A DNA stretch of 64,000 bases from an uncultured Phycisphaerales bacterium (GCA_963772725.1 CAVYYI010000004.1:64001-128000); one strand, 5' to 3'. Counted from the stretch's first letter, positions 33,178 through 45,886 are shown. Made by a program: numbers and translations. Notes: generated from the letters alone by a model not told the origin.

Positions 33178-34899
33178 ATGTCAAAACCGATACTCATACA
33201 ATCACCAGCTCAGGGCTTAAACAGCCGCCTTCCGGCCAATATGATAGCCGACAGAGAGACGCCGCTATCCCAGAACGTCCTGTTCTCCAGCGGCGTTATT
33301 AAGACACCTTACGGCTTTGCTAAATTGACGGCGGGAAGTTTACCTCTTAATAGCGGCGATAAGATTCTCGGTATTGCTCCATTTACGGAAAAGGACGGCA
33401 CAGAGCATATTGTCGTGGTTACCACCGATAAGATATATCAGCACGACAGGGTAAATGAGGAATGGGATAATATCGTTATCAATGATTTGACGAACCCCAA
33501 TAACCTGCTCCGTGCCAACGTGGATAGTCCGGTCAGTTTTGCCGTTGTCGCTCATACTGATGGCGTCGCGATTGACGCCGGAGTCAATAACGCTTATTAC
33601 CATCTGCTCGTTTGCGACGGCGGCCTCAGTCCCATCCAGAGGTGGGCTGGTAAATCAGAGGAGAAGTTTTACTCATTAAAAGGCGCCGACGGTTATCATG
33701 ATGCCGACACGCCATTAGTTATCGACCATTACGCAAGACAAGTCCTGGTATTTTATAATCACGTCATACTCATCAGTCCAAAGACGTGGGACGCGACGGC
33801 AGGTTCTTTCAGAGACAATCCTCAGACAGTACTATGGGGCAAGGCGGGATTATTAGAGGGCAGCGATGCTTTTAAAATTGCTGATACAGGCTCTGGGTAT
33901 AATGAGCTTGTTGATACAGGCGATAGCAACGTATGGGCCATGCAGCTTGGCAACCAGCTTATCATCTATCAGAGACATTCCATTTGGTCAATGAGTCACG
34001 TGGGAGGAACGGATGTATTTAGATTCCGCTGTGAGCTGCCGGACTTGGGATTGCTGGCTCCACATCTTTTGGTATCATCCGGCAACAAACATTATTTCGT
34101 CGGTAACGATTTCAATATTTATGAATACTCAGGCGGCAGTTACAAACAGAGGATTGGCGATCAGATAAGAGACGCACTGAAAGAGGATATCGACTTCACG
34201 TACGCGAGACGATGCTGGATGGCAATCGGCGCCAATAGTTCACGGCTCTGGATATTCTACGTACCTGAAGGTCAGGAGTATATCACAAAGGCCTATGGCG
34301 TTGACGTTAAGACCGGGGCATGGATGATCCGGGAATTCAGCCACGTCTGGACAAATAACGGCATAACCGCGGTATTGACCATCGGCGCACAAAGTTATAT
34401 GATTGGCGATACTTACCAGCACTCGATCAATTTAGCAAGGACTTACGCCGAGGCCATTGCCGCAGGTACTACCTATCGAGATGTTTTGCAGGAGATACTT
34501 ACTGATGAGACTTTAACGCTTGGCGATTCAGAGGGTAATATCTACCAGTATGACGCCGACTTGACAACCGACGACGGCGAGAATATCCCTGCGTATTTCA
34601 TCAGTAAGGTTTTTGATTATGGCACGCCGAACGATGATAAATGGTGGAGCGGATTATCCGTTGTAGCGAAAGGCACGAAGCTTGTCGTTAGTTACCGTAT
34701 CGACAATTTCGATACAGAGAACGACGGATGGATAGCATTTACCGCAATCGACCTTACCAGTAATTATCAGGATTATAACTGGACCGACTTCGATTTCAGC
34801 AGTAAACAGATCCAGTTCAAATTCTCAAATTATGCAGGCAGTACATTTGCGATAAGGGAGTTCAAGATACATGCTCCCACAGTGGAGGCGGCGATATGA
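33178..34899 (+). CDS. Tail hub / DNA stabilization protein (P22 gp10 / tubular B-like)
   Basis: GLNSR...SQNVLF..G, beta-propeller-like repeats, KQIQFKF C-terminus. Confidence 0.75.
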   Translation: MSKPILIQSPAQGLNSRLPANMIADRETPLSQNVLFSSGVIKTPYGFAKLTAGSLPLNSGDKILGIAPFTEKDGTEHIVVVTTDKIYQHDRVNEEWDNIVINDLTNPNNLLRANVDSPVSFAVVAHTDGVAIDAGVNNAYYHLLVCDGGLSPIQRWAGKSEEKFYSLKGADGYHDADTPLVIDHYARQVLVFYNHVILISPKTWDATAGSFRDNPQTVLWGKAGLLEGSDAFKIADTGSGYNELVDTGDSNVWAMQLGNQLIIYQRHSIWSMSHVGGTDVFRFRCELPDLGLLAPHLLVSSGNKHYFVGNDFNIYEYSGGSYKQRIGDQIRDALKEDIDFTYARRCWMAIGANSSRLWIFYVPEGQEYITKAYGVDVKTGAWMIREFSHVWTNNGITAVLTIGAQSYMIGDTYQHSINLARTYAEAIAAGTTYRDVLQEILTDETLTLGDSEGNIYQYDADLTTDDGENIPAYFISKVFDYGTPNDDKWWSGLSVVAKGTKLVVSYRIDNFDTENDGWIAFTAIDLTSNYQDYNWTDFDFSSKQIQFKFSNYAGSTFAIREFKIHAPTVEAAI

Positions 34900-35051
34900 G
34901 CGAAAAGATAAGCGGCGATGTACCACCTCTGCCAGAGTTTAACGGCAATATGAAGGAATGGACAAGGGACCTTGTCATTTATCTGGAGCGGGTACTTCGA
35001 GACCATAACAGCGATATTCAGCAATTATACGAGACAAAAGTGGACGCATGA
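34896..35051 (+). CDS. 51-aa needle/plug-position protein
   Basis: MSEKISGDVPPLPEFNGNMKEWTRDLVIYLERVLRDHNSDIQQLYETKVDA; ATGA overlaps on both sides; paralog at 46375. Confidence 0.7.
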   Translation: MSEKISGDVPPLPEFNGNMKEWTRDLVIYLERVLRDHNSDIQQLYETKVDA

Positions 35052-35512
35052 TAGAAGCAATTATATATAGCGGCGATATTGAGGCGTTGAGGCCAATAGC
35101 TCAATGCTGGTACGGCACGACTTACGTTAATCGTTTCCGCATCAATATTGACGTCGATACCCATTTGTCCGACTTAAAGCGATTAATTGACTCGCCTGAC
35201 AGTGACCTGCTTGTTTTAATGGACAATGACAATGCCGTTGGATATATGGGCGTTCAAGCCTTTACAAGCCCGCTTGGCCGTCAGAAGATTACCAATGAAC
35301 ATTACTGGTACGTTCTTGCCGGAAGTCGCGGGATAGGAAGTATGCGTCTTATTAAACTGGCACAGAGATGGGCCAAAGATAAAGGATGCTCACATTTGAT
35401 AATGAACGCCAGCAACCTTGCCAGTGATCTGCACGACAGGATATGCGGATTATATGAGCAGATAGGTATGACTAAATTTGAAACAAGTTACATTTTACCT
35501 TTGGAGGTATAA
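35048..35512 (+). CDS. GNAT-fold acetyltransferase-like protein (P22 gp14 position)
   Basis: EHYWYV...RGIGSMRLIKLAQRWAKDKG...LYEQIGM. Confidence 0.8.
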   Translation: MIEAIIYSGDIEALRPIAQCWYGTTYVNRFRINIDVDTHLSDLKRLIDSPDSDLLVLMDNDNAVGYMGVQAFTSPLGRQKITNEHYWYVLAGSRGIGSMRLIKLAQRWAKDKGCSHLIMNASNLASDLHDRICGLYEQIGMTKFETSYILPLEV

Positions 35513-35514
35513 TC

Positions 35515-36639
35515 ATGGGATGTTTTAGTGGAAGCAGTCAGAAAACAGAAAGCAGCAGTTACACTCCTGAACAGAGGACTTGGCTTGCTAAAATTTTGGA
35601 TTTATATGGCCCCACGGCTGGAGAAAATAATAATGTTTATCAAGGGCAACGGGTAGCTGATCCTTCAGACTTACAAGTTGGGGTATTAGATAATGCTCAT
35701 AACTTCATGAATATATTCGGAACGCCGAAAACCACAACGACGCCGCTATTCAATGAGACAGGTAACGCGATAAGTGGATTGCTCTCAGGTCAGACCGGAG
35801 CCAGTAAAATATCCAAGGATCAATCAGACCTGTTCTTTAAAGAGTCGGCCTACGATCCGACAATGAGGATGTTAAAACAGGATTTACTTCCGATAGTGGA
35901 CGACGGTTACACAGGCGGTAACTTCTTTGGCTCAGCCAAAGGCAAGGCCCGCGATGCGGTAACGACTGATATCGGCAATTCGCTCGTATTGCAGAAGTCA
36001 AACCTCGACTGGGGCGTTCTCCAGAATAACAATGCGATTGATGAGGCCAAAGCTGGCAGGGCATTGTCCACACTGGATTCAGCTATGAATTACGGTCAGA
36101 TGCCCGCACAGGAGACGCTTAACAATTTGAAGATAGCATCCTCGCAGATAGCAGGAATGAATGACCTGTTCGGTTTCGGCTCAGCGCAGCAGACGCAGGA
36201 ACAGCAGGAGATAACAGCGGCAATAGCTAAGTTCGCAGAAGAGAATCAGATAACTGATACGCAGAATTTGTCAATATTACTTAGCTTGCTTGGGATGAGT
36301 TATTCAACCAGTTCAGGCAACAGTTCTGGCGCAGGCCTTGGATATAGTATGTTAAGCGGTGCGGCTGGAGGAGCGGCAGGCATGTCTGCGCTTATCGCCA
36401 GCGATAGGGACATCAAAGAGAACATAGAGCCAATTTCTGTCCTCAAAAAGATAAAACAATTAAAGCCGCATCGCTACAATTACAAAGGCGATCCTACTCC
36501 AAGGATTGGCCTTATCGCTCAGGACGTAGAAAAGGTATTCCCTGAAGCGGTAACGATAGTCAATGGCATCAAGCATGTTGATATCTACGCATTGCAGGCG
36601 ATTATTATTGGGGCCATAGCTGAAATGGGAGATAAATAA
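35515..36639 (+). CDS. Ejection-protein-position gene with C-terminal Peptidase_S74 intramolecular chaperone
   Basis: MGCFSGSSQ start, Q/G/A-rich body, SDRDIKENI...GLIAQDVEKVFPEAV. Confidence 0.75.
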   Translation: MGCFSGSSQKTESSSYTPEQRTWLAKILDLYGPTAGENNNVYQGQRVADPSDLQVGVLDNAHNFMNIFGTPKTTTTPLFNETGNAISGLLSGQTGASKISKDQSDLFFKESAYDPTMRMLKQDLLPIVDDGYTGGNFFGSAKGKARDAVTTDIGNSLVLQKSNLDWGVLQNNNAIDEAKAGRALSTLDSAMNYGQMPAQETLNNLKIASSQIAGMNDLFGFGSAQQTQEQQEITAAIAKFAEENQITDTQNLSILLSLLGMSYSTSSGNSSGAGLGYSMLSGAAGGAAGMSALIASDRDIKENIEPISVLKKIKQLKPHRYNYKGDPTPRIGLIAQDVEKVFPEAVTIVNGIKHVDIYALQAIIIGAIAEMGDK

Positions 36640-37904
36640 TGGACATTCTAAAAACTTTAGCGGGCATAGTAAGTGGTGCAGGTAATGCGGTTGGCGGTGT
36701 TGTACAAGGAGCCGGTGATATTCTTGGCGGCGTTGGCGATCATCTTGGTACTGGTTTAAAAATGGTGAGGGATAATGAGCGGGCAAGGCTCACATCGTTA
36801 GGCCAGAACCAGCAAATACAGCAAACTAATGCAAAAATGGAAGCTCTGCAAATAGGAATACAGACAGCAAAACAATATGGCGGGTTAACTCAACCTGAAG
36901 GCAAAACTGCCTTTATAAGCACGATGAAGGAGCTGGGTTATCCAGATATGGCGGAGAAATTCGCAAGTTTGAATGTTGCTAAAACAAAACCCGACTCATC
37001 TAAACTGGCCAAGTTATTCCCTGAAGGCTCGCCAGCAAGAACGCGAGTACGGCAGAATATAGCTCTTGAGAATGGCATGGGGTCTGTCGGAGAGTCATTT
37101 GTATCGGCGCCGCCTGCACAGCCTAAACTGCCTTTGGGCGTTACGCCGGAGCAGATGGGCCAGTTTAATCAATCGAAGTACAGCGTTAAGCCTGGCAAGG
37201 GAAGCGATCCACTGGACAGGCTCGGCAAGCTGATTAATATGCAGGATAAGAACCTGGACGCAAGCTATAAGCCCATCAATCAGGGCGTCGCTGATATTAT
37301 CGCTGGCGAGATATCAAAGATAACAGGCACTAAGCAATCCAGTGGCGATGAAGGCAATAAAATAACGCTGGCCGATATGATATCAAGCAGCTCGCAGGAT
37401 TATAAACGCAGTATGTTTGACGATACGGTCAGCCCGGATAACGTCAAACTGTCAGCTAAGAATTACGTTGAGACGTTGAAGGCTCAGGGCGTCGATGAGG
37501 CAGAGGCGAGGAAACTTGCCACGAAAGAGTATGGCGATTTAATGGCCGCCGATAGCGGTATCTTCCAGAAGTACCCCAAGATGGATATCGCAAAATTGTT
37601 CTCCGATGAAGATACCAGGAAAGAGGCAATCAATACCGATAAGGTTGTCGTCGATACCGGAGACGGCGTTAAAACTACGCCGACAACATTAGGCCAACTT
37701 CAATTCAATACCCCTCAAGAACAAGAAGATTTTCTGGATTTAGAAAAAGAAGTCGCAGCTATTGCGCCAGAGATCAATATGAGAACCATCGCCAAGAATC
37801 CAACTAATTATCAAGACATTAAAAACGTTCTCCAGTCTGTCCGCAGTGGCAAGATAACAGCGAAAAAGGCCGCTGAGTTAATAAAGGAGGCTTTTGGTGG
37901 GTAG
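36639..37904 (+). CDS. Putative ejection (internal virion) protein
   Basis: Gly-rich N-terminus, helical, position in the module. Confidence 0.6.
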   Translation: MDILKTLAGIVSGAGNAVGGVVQGAGDILGGVGDHLGTGLKMVRDNERARLTSLGQNQQIQQTNAKMEALQIGIQTAKQYGGLTQPEGKTAFISTMKELGYPDMAEKFASLNVAKTKPDSSKLAKLFPEGSPARTRVRQNIALENGMGSVGESFVSAPPAQPKLPLGVTPEQMGQFNQSKYSVKPGKGSDPLDRLGKLINMQDKNLDASYKPINQGVADIIAGEISKITGTKQSSGDEGNKITLADMISSSSQDYKRSMFDDTVSPDNVKLSAKNYVETLKAQGVDEAEARKLATKEYGDLMAADSGIFQKYPKMDIAKLFSDEDTRKEAINTDKVVVDTGDGVKTTPTTLGQLQFNTPQEQEDFLDLEKEVAAIAPEINMRTIAKNPTNYQDIKNVLQSVRSGKITAKKAAELIKEAFGG

Positions 37905-40900
37905 ATTAGGCGATTTATTAGAGCAGAGATTAAATCATAATATACAACCGACCGAGCCTCAACAGTCTTCAATTAAGCCATTGCCTTCTATTGGTAAATT
38001 GGGCAAGCTGTTAGAGCAGAGATTGAATGGCCATTCGTTAGAAATAGCAAAGAACCGCGTTGGAGACGTTGCAGAGGTCAAGGCGGTCAATGATACTGTC
38101 GCTCAGTCAATATCACCCACGGCCTCACCAGAGATGCTTAAAGCTGCCGAGCAGGTTATGGCTGGGGGTAAGGTCGGAGAGCGATTAATTCCACAAGCAG
38201 CAAAACCTCTGGAAGGTCAGCCGCAAAATAGTTTTGAGTATGCCAGAGGTTTAGTTAAAGATGAAATGCTCAGCCAGTTCGCAAAGCCAGCCATCGAAGA
38301 TGTTAAGCCTGGTATTCTGGATAAAATAGAGAGTAAGGCTAAATCTGTTATCGGCTCTGGATTGGACGATATCAAAGACATCGCTAAGGCCATTGACATG
38401 GCAACAGATCCGAGAACGCCGGAAGGTAATAAACTGGCCCATGAGAATATAATGGACAGGCTCAGTTATTATAAAACTGCCCTTATCGCTCCAGTTGTTG
38501 GCCGGATTATGTCAATGACTGGCCAGATAGACTATAAGCAATTGCAAAAAGAGATGGCTCAGGAGCGGCAGAAGTTCGGAGAGTTCGGTGACGTCCAGAT
38601 GGATGTTGCCGACAAGACGTCAAAATTGGCGTTTGAATGGGGATGGTTATATCCCAAGTTATTCGAAGGCGCCGGACTGGTAGGTACTTCCATCCAGAAG
38701 ATACCGCAGGTTAAATCTGCAATGGCGTCGCTTGAATCTCTGGGTGGCGTTCAGAAAATAGCGGAGCAATATCCGAGACTTTACGACGCAGGTGTGAAAG
38801 CACTCCAGAATTTCGCCAAAGGCGAATTAGTGGGCCAGACTGCTGGAGCTATGGAGTCGGTAGGCGAAGATAAAAACTTCAAACAATGGCTTGTTGATAT
38901 GAATAAGCAGGGTTTGGAGATGGGAGCATGGACGACAGCGTTTGGACTTGCTCAGGCCAGAGATGTATATAACCATGTCAATGAAGTGCGTACTGGATTA
39001 AATAAGCAGGCCGCGGCAAGAGTGGAGCCGTTATTGAGACAGGCAAGGGCCAACAAGATACCCAATACCGCAGCACAACAGATGTTTAGTCAGGAGCTTG
39101 CCAAGATCGATGATGTCGTATCGACTTACGAAAGAGAACTGATGTCTGGCAAGACGCCAATCTATGGCCAGAAGTTACCTGATACCCAGACTGTTATCAA
39201 ACGGCTCGCTGATAAGGGTTATTTCTTCGGCCAAGAAGGTGCGACGGCCAAAGAGCTGGCGAAAGTAAAAGGCGATGAGGCATTAAAGATCGGTCAGGGT
39301 AAATCTCAGCCCGGAGAAGAATTATCAAAGACTGGTTTCGATGAAACAAAGCGATACTCTGGGAAGACGATCACCGTCACGGACGCCGACGGCACTACCA
39401 GAAAGATACCTATACCCAGCCAGCCCGATGTTAAATTGATAAAGAAGGAGGGACTTGGTGTCAAACAGCCGACAGCGGAGGTGCGGACGGCTCAAACTAC
39501 CCCAGACGCTTTAGAGGCTATGGGCAAAACTGGAGGCAATGCCACGGATGGCAAACTTCCAGTTATTGAGAGACAGGCCTCTACAATGCCCCAGGTTGAA
39601 AAGACCCCTATCAATGTACCCACTGGAGCAGGAAGTACGCAGGACGAGGCGGCAGGGAAGGAGAATAAAGGGTTAAACGAGGAGGCTGAAGCCCTTGTTG
39701 TTAAAACAGAGCAAGTGATACCTGTAAAAAAAATGTCTCTTAATGAATTACAAACAGAATCAGAATACTTTGATAAAAAAATACAGGCCGAAAGAGATAG
39801 ACTCGATAAAATTGCACCGAACCGGCAAACCTTTAATGAAGCTGGAATTGAACACTTGTCTCCTGAAGATTTTACAAGATATACTTCCGTGAATGATGAA
39901 ATCAACAGGAGAACTTATGTAACGCCAGCAGAAGCTAAAAAGAGAGTAATGGCCAAAAGGGAACAGAGGCAACTTGCTGAATCTACTGCCTCTGATATAA
40001 AAGAAACTCCAGTCATTATTGAGCAGCGAATAAGGCAAGCTAAGCAGGATATTTCATCAATAGATGAACGAATAAGCTTAACAGCATCAGGGCAGGGTTT
40101 GAAAGATTTATCTTCCACGAAGGCAAAAAAAGAAGCCGAGCTGGCAAAACTTGAAACCCAGTACGAAGATATGCAAAATCAAACTCTGGATGTTCAAGGT
40201 GTCTCCGTTAAAGCAAACAGCCCTGCATTTGGAATTGAGGTTGAGTATGAAGGACAGCGATATACTCCAATCAAAGATGAAGGTAATTCGTACATAGCAT
40301 TTAATCAGCAAGGCAAATTACTGGCCATACCGAAGCCGGATAGAAACGTGCCTCCCCAGAATGATAAAGTGAAGATATGGCGGGATGGTTCACAGGATAA
40401 TAAAACCATAGCTGATATTGTTCAGGCTAAGACGGTTAATAAAAATACAACCCCTAAAGAAGCGGGAAAGAATCAACCTGATTTCGTAGTTGAACCATAC
40501 GCAGAAAGAGATAAGCCATTTGGTGTTTTCATAAAACACAAAGACGGAACTTCAACATTATGGTCGGCTCATTCAAATAAATCCGAGGCCGAATACGAAG
40601 CAAAACGGCAAATAGACAAGTTAAATGGTATTGAGTCATTGCCATATCACAGAGAATTTACAGGCACAAAGTATGACGGATTAAGTGAACATTCTGCTGT
40701 AATAGAAGCAAAAAAAAGAAATACGTCAGAAACTGATTACGATTGGATAGTAGAAAAATATCGCACGACAACTACCAATTCAGGGCAAGCAATAGACAGA
40801 TGGAAGGTTGTCGGAACACTTAAGCAAGTCGCAAAGTCTTCTATCTCGCCAAACCCTGAATCTGGTACACAACCAGAATTGAATAACGCAGGTGAGACAC

Positions 40901-43900
40901 AAACCGAACCAATTAAGGAGAATATAAATGAAGAAGCCATTATTGAGCCTGCCGCAAGTGTTGAAGTGGACGCAGGGAAAACAACAGGAACTGTTTCCGA
41001 AGCCAAATCCACCGGAGAACTCGACCCAACAAAACCAGAAGACGCAATCCAAATAATAGAGAAGCATAATGACTGGCTCGCAGGATACGATAATAAGAAT
41101 TGGAGTGTGTTTAGCGGCGTCCCCTTAGAAACCGAATGGAGTGCCGAAAAAAGAGAGCGTATTGTTAAAACTTACGAGTACACAGCCAAGCAGGTCGAGG
41201 AAGCATACCGAACAGTCCAGAAAGAAATAGACTCACCAATGCCAGATACAAAACTTTACGCTATGCCGGGCAAAGAAAAGCAGTTGCAGGCGATAGCAGA
41301 GAAGATGGCGAGAGTTAAAGGCACTGTCCCCCAGAAGTCAGGTAAACCAAAAACTTTCAATGCGCCCAAAGTACTGCCCAGAGTCAGCGTAAAGAAAGAA
41401 GACTACGTCAAGGGCGTATATAAAGCCGCGAACAAAGACGCCACAAGATATGCGTTAAATGGCGTTTATGTTGAAGGTGAGAATTTAGTTGCTACGAATG
41501 GACGCAGAATGTTCATCGCCAAAGGCAAATGGGGCAAGGATGGTATCTATCTTGACTCCAAATCGCTTAAAGATGGCGTATTGGGTAAGTCAAGCACTAA
41601 GGACGCGGAGGGCGAGGAGCTTAGATTCCCGAACTGGAAAGATATTATCCCCACTGATTATGACGCAACAGACCTCATTGTTATTGACGACTTAGAAACT
41701 ACTGCAAGAAGAATGAAGCAGGCGGCGTTAATTGTAACGACAGACTCGCCTGGCATTATGGTTATTAAGAATAAGAATGGCTCTCTGGGTTTTGCGTGTG
41801 CATCACCAGAAGTAGGGCATTCAGAGATAAATGTAAATTTGGGCGGGCAGATTCTCGGCGCAGTCAATCCAAATTACTTCATTGAGGCTTTGCAGTTCCA
41901 CGCACTAAGAGGTGATACGAGGGTAGAGTTTTACTTCCCGCATCCAGACCGACCAGTACTTATAAAAGGCCAGCAAGGTAAGACGATTACTTTAACAATG
42001 CCAGTAAAAGCTGGCGAAGTATCGGAAGAGTTGCAGAGAGCGATAGAGGGCATTAGTGAGCAATCCACCGCCCCAGCCTATGGCACTAAAGAGCATGAGC
42101 AGTATATTAATACCGCAGTTAAAAAATATGACAAAACATATTCAGCCAGCCATATTGTCAATACCGATATGGCGAGGAAAGTGTTACCGGGATATGAATC
42201 ATCCGACATCGCCAACGAGGAGAAGTATTTCGGCGATGCGGCAGAAGTGACGGATAAGGTTTACGATAAATGGCTCACGGACAGGAAAGGCAAGGGCAAT
42301 AATAAAGTTGTATTTCTGGCAGGTGGAACCGGAAGCGGGAAAAGTACGGCGGCAGCCTCACCTCCGTTAAATACAAGCGAGAATCACGCTATACAGCTCA
42401 ACTCCACCTTTACCAGTAAGGACTATTCGTTCAGCCTGATTGATAAAGCAATCGAGGCCGGATACACACCAGAGATACTTTACATTTACCGCGATCCGGT
42501 CGATGCCTGGGAGAATGGGGTATGGACCCGATGGGGTCAAGATACAGGCCATTTCGTTAAACCGCAAATCCACCTGGATACCCATATCTCTGCCAGAGAT
42601 AATGTACTGGCGGCAGCGGAGAAGTACGGCGATAAAGTCCAAATCAAGATTATCGAGAACCGGACAGATGAGGAACAAAAAGAAATTTCGCTTGACGAAC
42701 TTAAAACCAAATCCTACGATATAGAAAAGATTAAGGAAGAAATTGATGTCATTACAACCAAACAACTCGAATCTCACCCAGCCCTCAAAGGGCAAGACGG
42801 CCTATTCTTCGCCGACAGTAGCACGAGCAGCAAGGGGACTGAGCAAGGCGGCGGCGAAGTATCGCAATCGCAAACTGGCGAAGGTAAGCAGGAATTAAAA
42901 ACTCAATCTAAAGGTTCTCAATTCCAACCCGACCCGACAATTGATACCGGCGCCGAGGGCGAGGCTGGCTTTATAGGCATTGCTGGCAGGCCAGGCGGCA
43001 AGGTGCAAAAGCCGTGGCTCGATACCGAGAAGACCGCTTCACCGGATGAGGATATAGAGGACTTCTTCGGTAGAACAAATAAGATGCCATCCCGATTCAA
43101 GGCCAGTAAGTTACTGGATAAAATCAAGGCTGGACTAAGGGAGCGGTTTATCACAGTGCCGCACATTCCGAGAACGCCGGACACTGCTATTGCCAGAGAT
43201 ATGATACGCACGATGCCCGAAGAGCGCAGGGCAGCAATGGAGAAGGCTGTACTTGATATTATCAAGGTGCTGGATAACGATGGTACGGTGCAGGCGCTTG
43301 ATTACGCCGGACTTGACCTGCTGAGACGGAAAGTATTTATCGCCGACCTGATGCACGAGGCCGAGATAGACAGGTCGGTATCTGGCGACCTGAGCCTTGA
43401 GCAGCTCCAGGCGGAGAACGAGCGACTGGAGAGCCTACTGGATAAAGTACCGTCCGTTAAAAAAGCATACCAGGCAAGACAGTCATTATGGGAGAAGGTA
43501 AGTAATGACCTTGTCGACCGGGGCGTTATGGACGAAGAGACGGCAAAGAATAAATCTTATGTGCGACATTTCGTTTTAAGTTACATCGAGAATAATAAAC
43601 AGCCTGTCAGCGGTAAACGCAAGAAGCTCTCCGAACCATACAGGGCATACTCAAAGAAGCGTACAGGCTCACGGAAAGATATATCGACCGATTACCTCTC
43701 TGTTGAGGTCCAGGCATTATCTGAGATATATGCCGATAACGCGGTTGAGGATATGGCCAACGCAATCTCCGATAAGTATGATAAACGCAAACAGTACACA
43801 AGGCAGGCTAATGACGCTAACTTTGTGGCACTGGTCGGCGGGCCGGAGAATGCGGCGAGGATACGAGAATTAAGGAGCCTGATTAAAGAGTCACCTGCGG

Positions 43901-45862
43901 GCAGCAAAGAGCGTGCGGACTGGATTGAAGAATTAACGGAACTTGACCCGACCTATCCATACCGCAAAAAAATAGCTATGAACATGGCCAGATTAAACCT
44001 TGGCGATGACGTGGATAACGAAGATAGTTTATTCAAGAAACTTGCCGACATAATCAAAAAAGAACCAGACAGCCCCAACGGACTTGCCGCCAGAGGTATC
44101 TTTAAGGCTATAAGTGAACGTAAAAAACTTATTCAGGATGCACTGAAAGATGAATATCTCACGCCGGAGAAGATTGCCGCCAATGACGGCTATGTTGAAT
44201 GGCACTATAAACGTCCAAACCTGTTTTATATGGCCCATACGTTAAATGAGGCTAAGATCGCCGCCATGATTGAGAATATTGCCGAGGACGCGGGCGGCAT
44301 GATACAGATTAATAAGAACGAGATACGCCAGGCAATGGCCGTTGGCCGTCGAAAAGGTATGCTCATTCCAGAATGGCTCGCAAAGCAGCTCGAACGATCT
44401 GCCAGTAAATAACAGGAGTAATTTCATTGTCGAGTCTTTTACTAAGCCTTTTATACAATTCTGGAAGAGATGGATTTTGCGGGCTAATCCCATTCGTTAC
44501 AATGCCAGAAATGAATTAGGTGACGTTGAGCGATTGAATGCCTCCGGCCAGACAGCGGCAGCTAAAGAGATACCTGCTGTAATGAAGATACTCATTACTA
44601 AGACAGGGGATGAGTACGAGCAGATGAAGAAATTCGGCGTAATAAACTCCTCGCTCTGGAATGAGATGAACGATGTCAGTAAGCTGAAAGAATTCGAACG
44701 ATTTAAAAACCTGACAAACCAGAAGACCTTTGCCGCTGCGGTAAAGTCAGTAGTTCTTTCGCCAGCACGTTTAATACAAGGCGTAGGCAACATAGAGCAG
44801 AGCTTAACGCAATTCCGTGAGGACGTTTTGCGAGCGGCGGTATTCCTCCATAACTATAAAAAATTACAGGCAGGGCAAGAGGTGCGTCACTGGGCGGGCG
44901 ATATTGCCGATGTTATGGCGGTTGCGCAGGACGATAAAGCCAGAGCGGCGGCCATAATATCAAGAGAGACGATGGGCGATTATGGCAAGTTTACGCCTTT
45001 TGAAAATAATGCCTTGCGCAATGGCTGGATACCGTTCTATTCATGGATGAAGATTAACGGACTATTTTGGCCCAGAGTATTCAAGAACGCGGCTAAAGAA
45101 GGCGCCGCTGACCGCGTTGCGTTAATAGCGGCGGGTGTTGTCGGTAAGAATATCGCTAAATGGCTCATTCGGGCATTGGGCGCTTATGCCGCGGCATGGC
45201 TGTGGAATCACCGGGATGACAGGGCTAAACGCAGGGAGAGGTCTTTACCTTTCTGGCTGAGAACGATGCCGCATGTAAATATAGAGAAGTACACCTTGTG
45301 GGGCCAGACTGCATTAAGTGATTTCACTGAATGGTTTGATATGGATAAGCTTTCAGGGATACTCTGGAGGCATGAGGCGGGCTTCCTTAATACAAAAGAA
45401 GCCGCTATTGAAGCGGCTAAAACGATAGCAGAGGCTCCGGTCAATAAAGTTACCCAGGCTGTAAATCCGTTCATTAAGGCCGCGGTGACTGCATCAACAG
45501 GTCAATCCATATATCCAAGCGTCTTTGATCCTCATTTTGTGGCGTCGCCTGCCAGTAAGGATTCGGTCGAGAAGGCCGTGCTGGACACAATGGGCAGTGA
45601 CGCTAAGAAATTCTACCAATCTCTGGTAGCTGATAAAAAAGGACAAAAAAAGCCAATGGAAGATACTCTGGCTGCTTATTTCTCCGGCTGGTTTGGCAGG
45701 CCCACCGATGCCGATACAATGATCGAGGAGATACAGAAATCGCAAGCATGGACGTCGCTTAAAAATAAATCAAAAACAACCAGAAGACGTAAAGGTCAAG
45801 CAAAAAGTGGTAAAGAAGAAGAATGGCAGGAAGCACAAATAAGGGCAACCGCTACAAGATAA
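37894..45862 (+). CDS. Giant ejection / polyvalent protein (~2655 aa if the +1 indel near 44390 is removed) with beta-clamp-like and zeta-like kinase domains
   Basis: ORFs 37894-44412 and 44342-45862 join as ...EWLAKQL(D/N)DLPVNNRS after removing one base; see findings for the domains. Confidence 0.8.
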
Positions 45863-45886
45863 TACAATATAGAAAGGGGACTAATA

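Noticed and set aside
44342..44412. Programmed ribosomal frameshift in the giant gene
   Set aside because: No slippery heptamer at the junction; a single extra base explains it and the contig has many such indels
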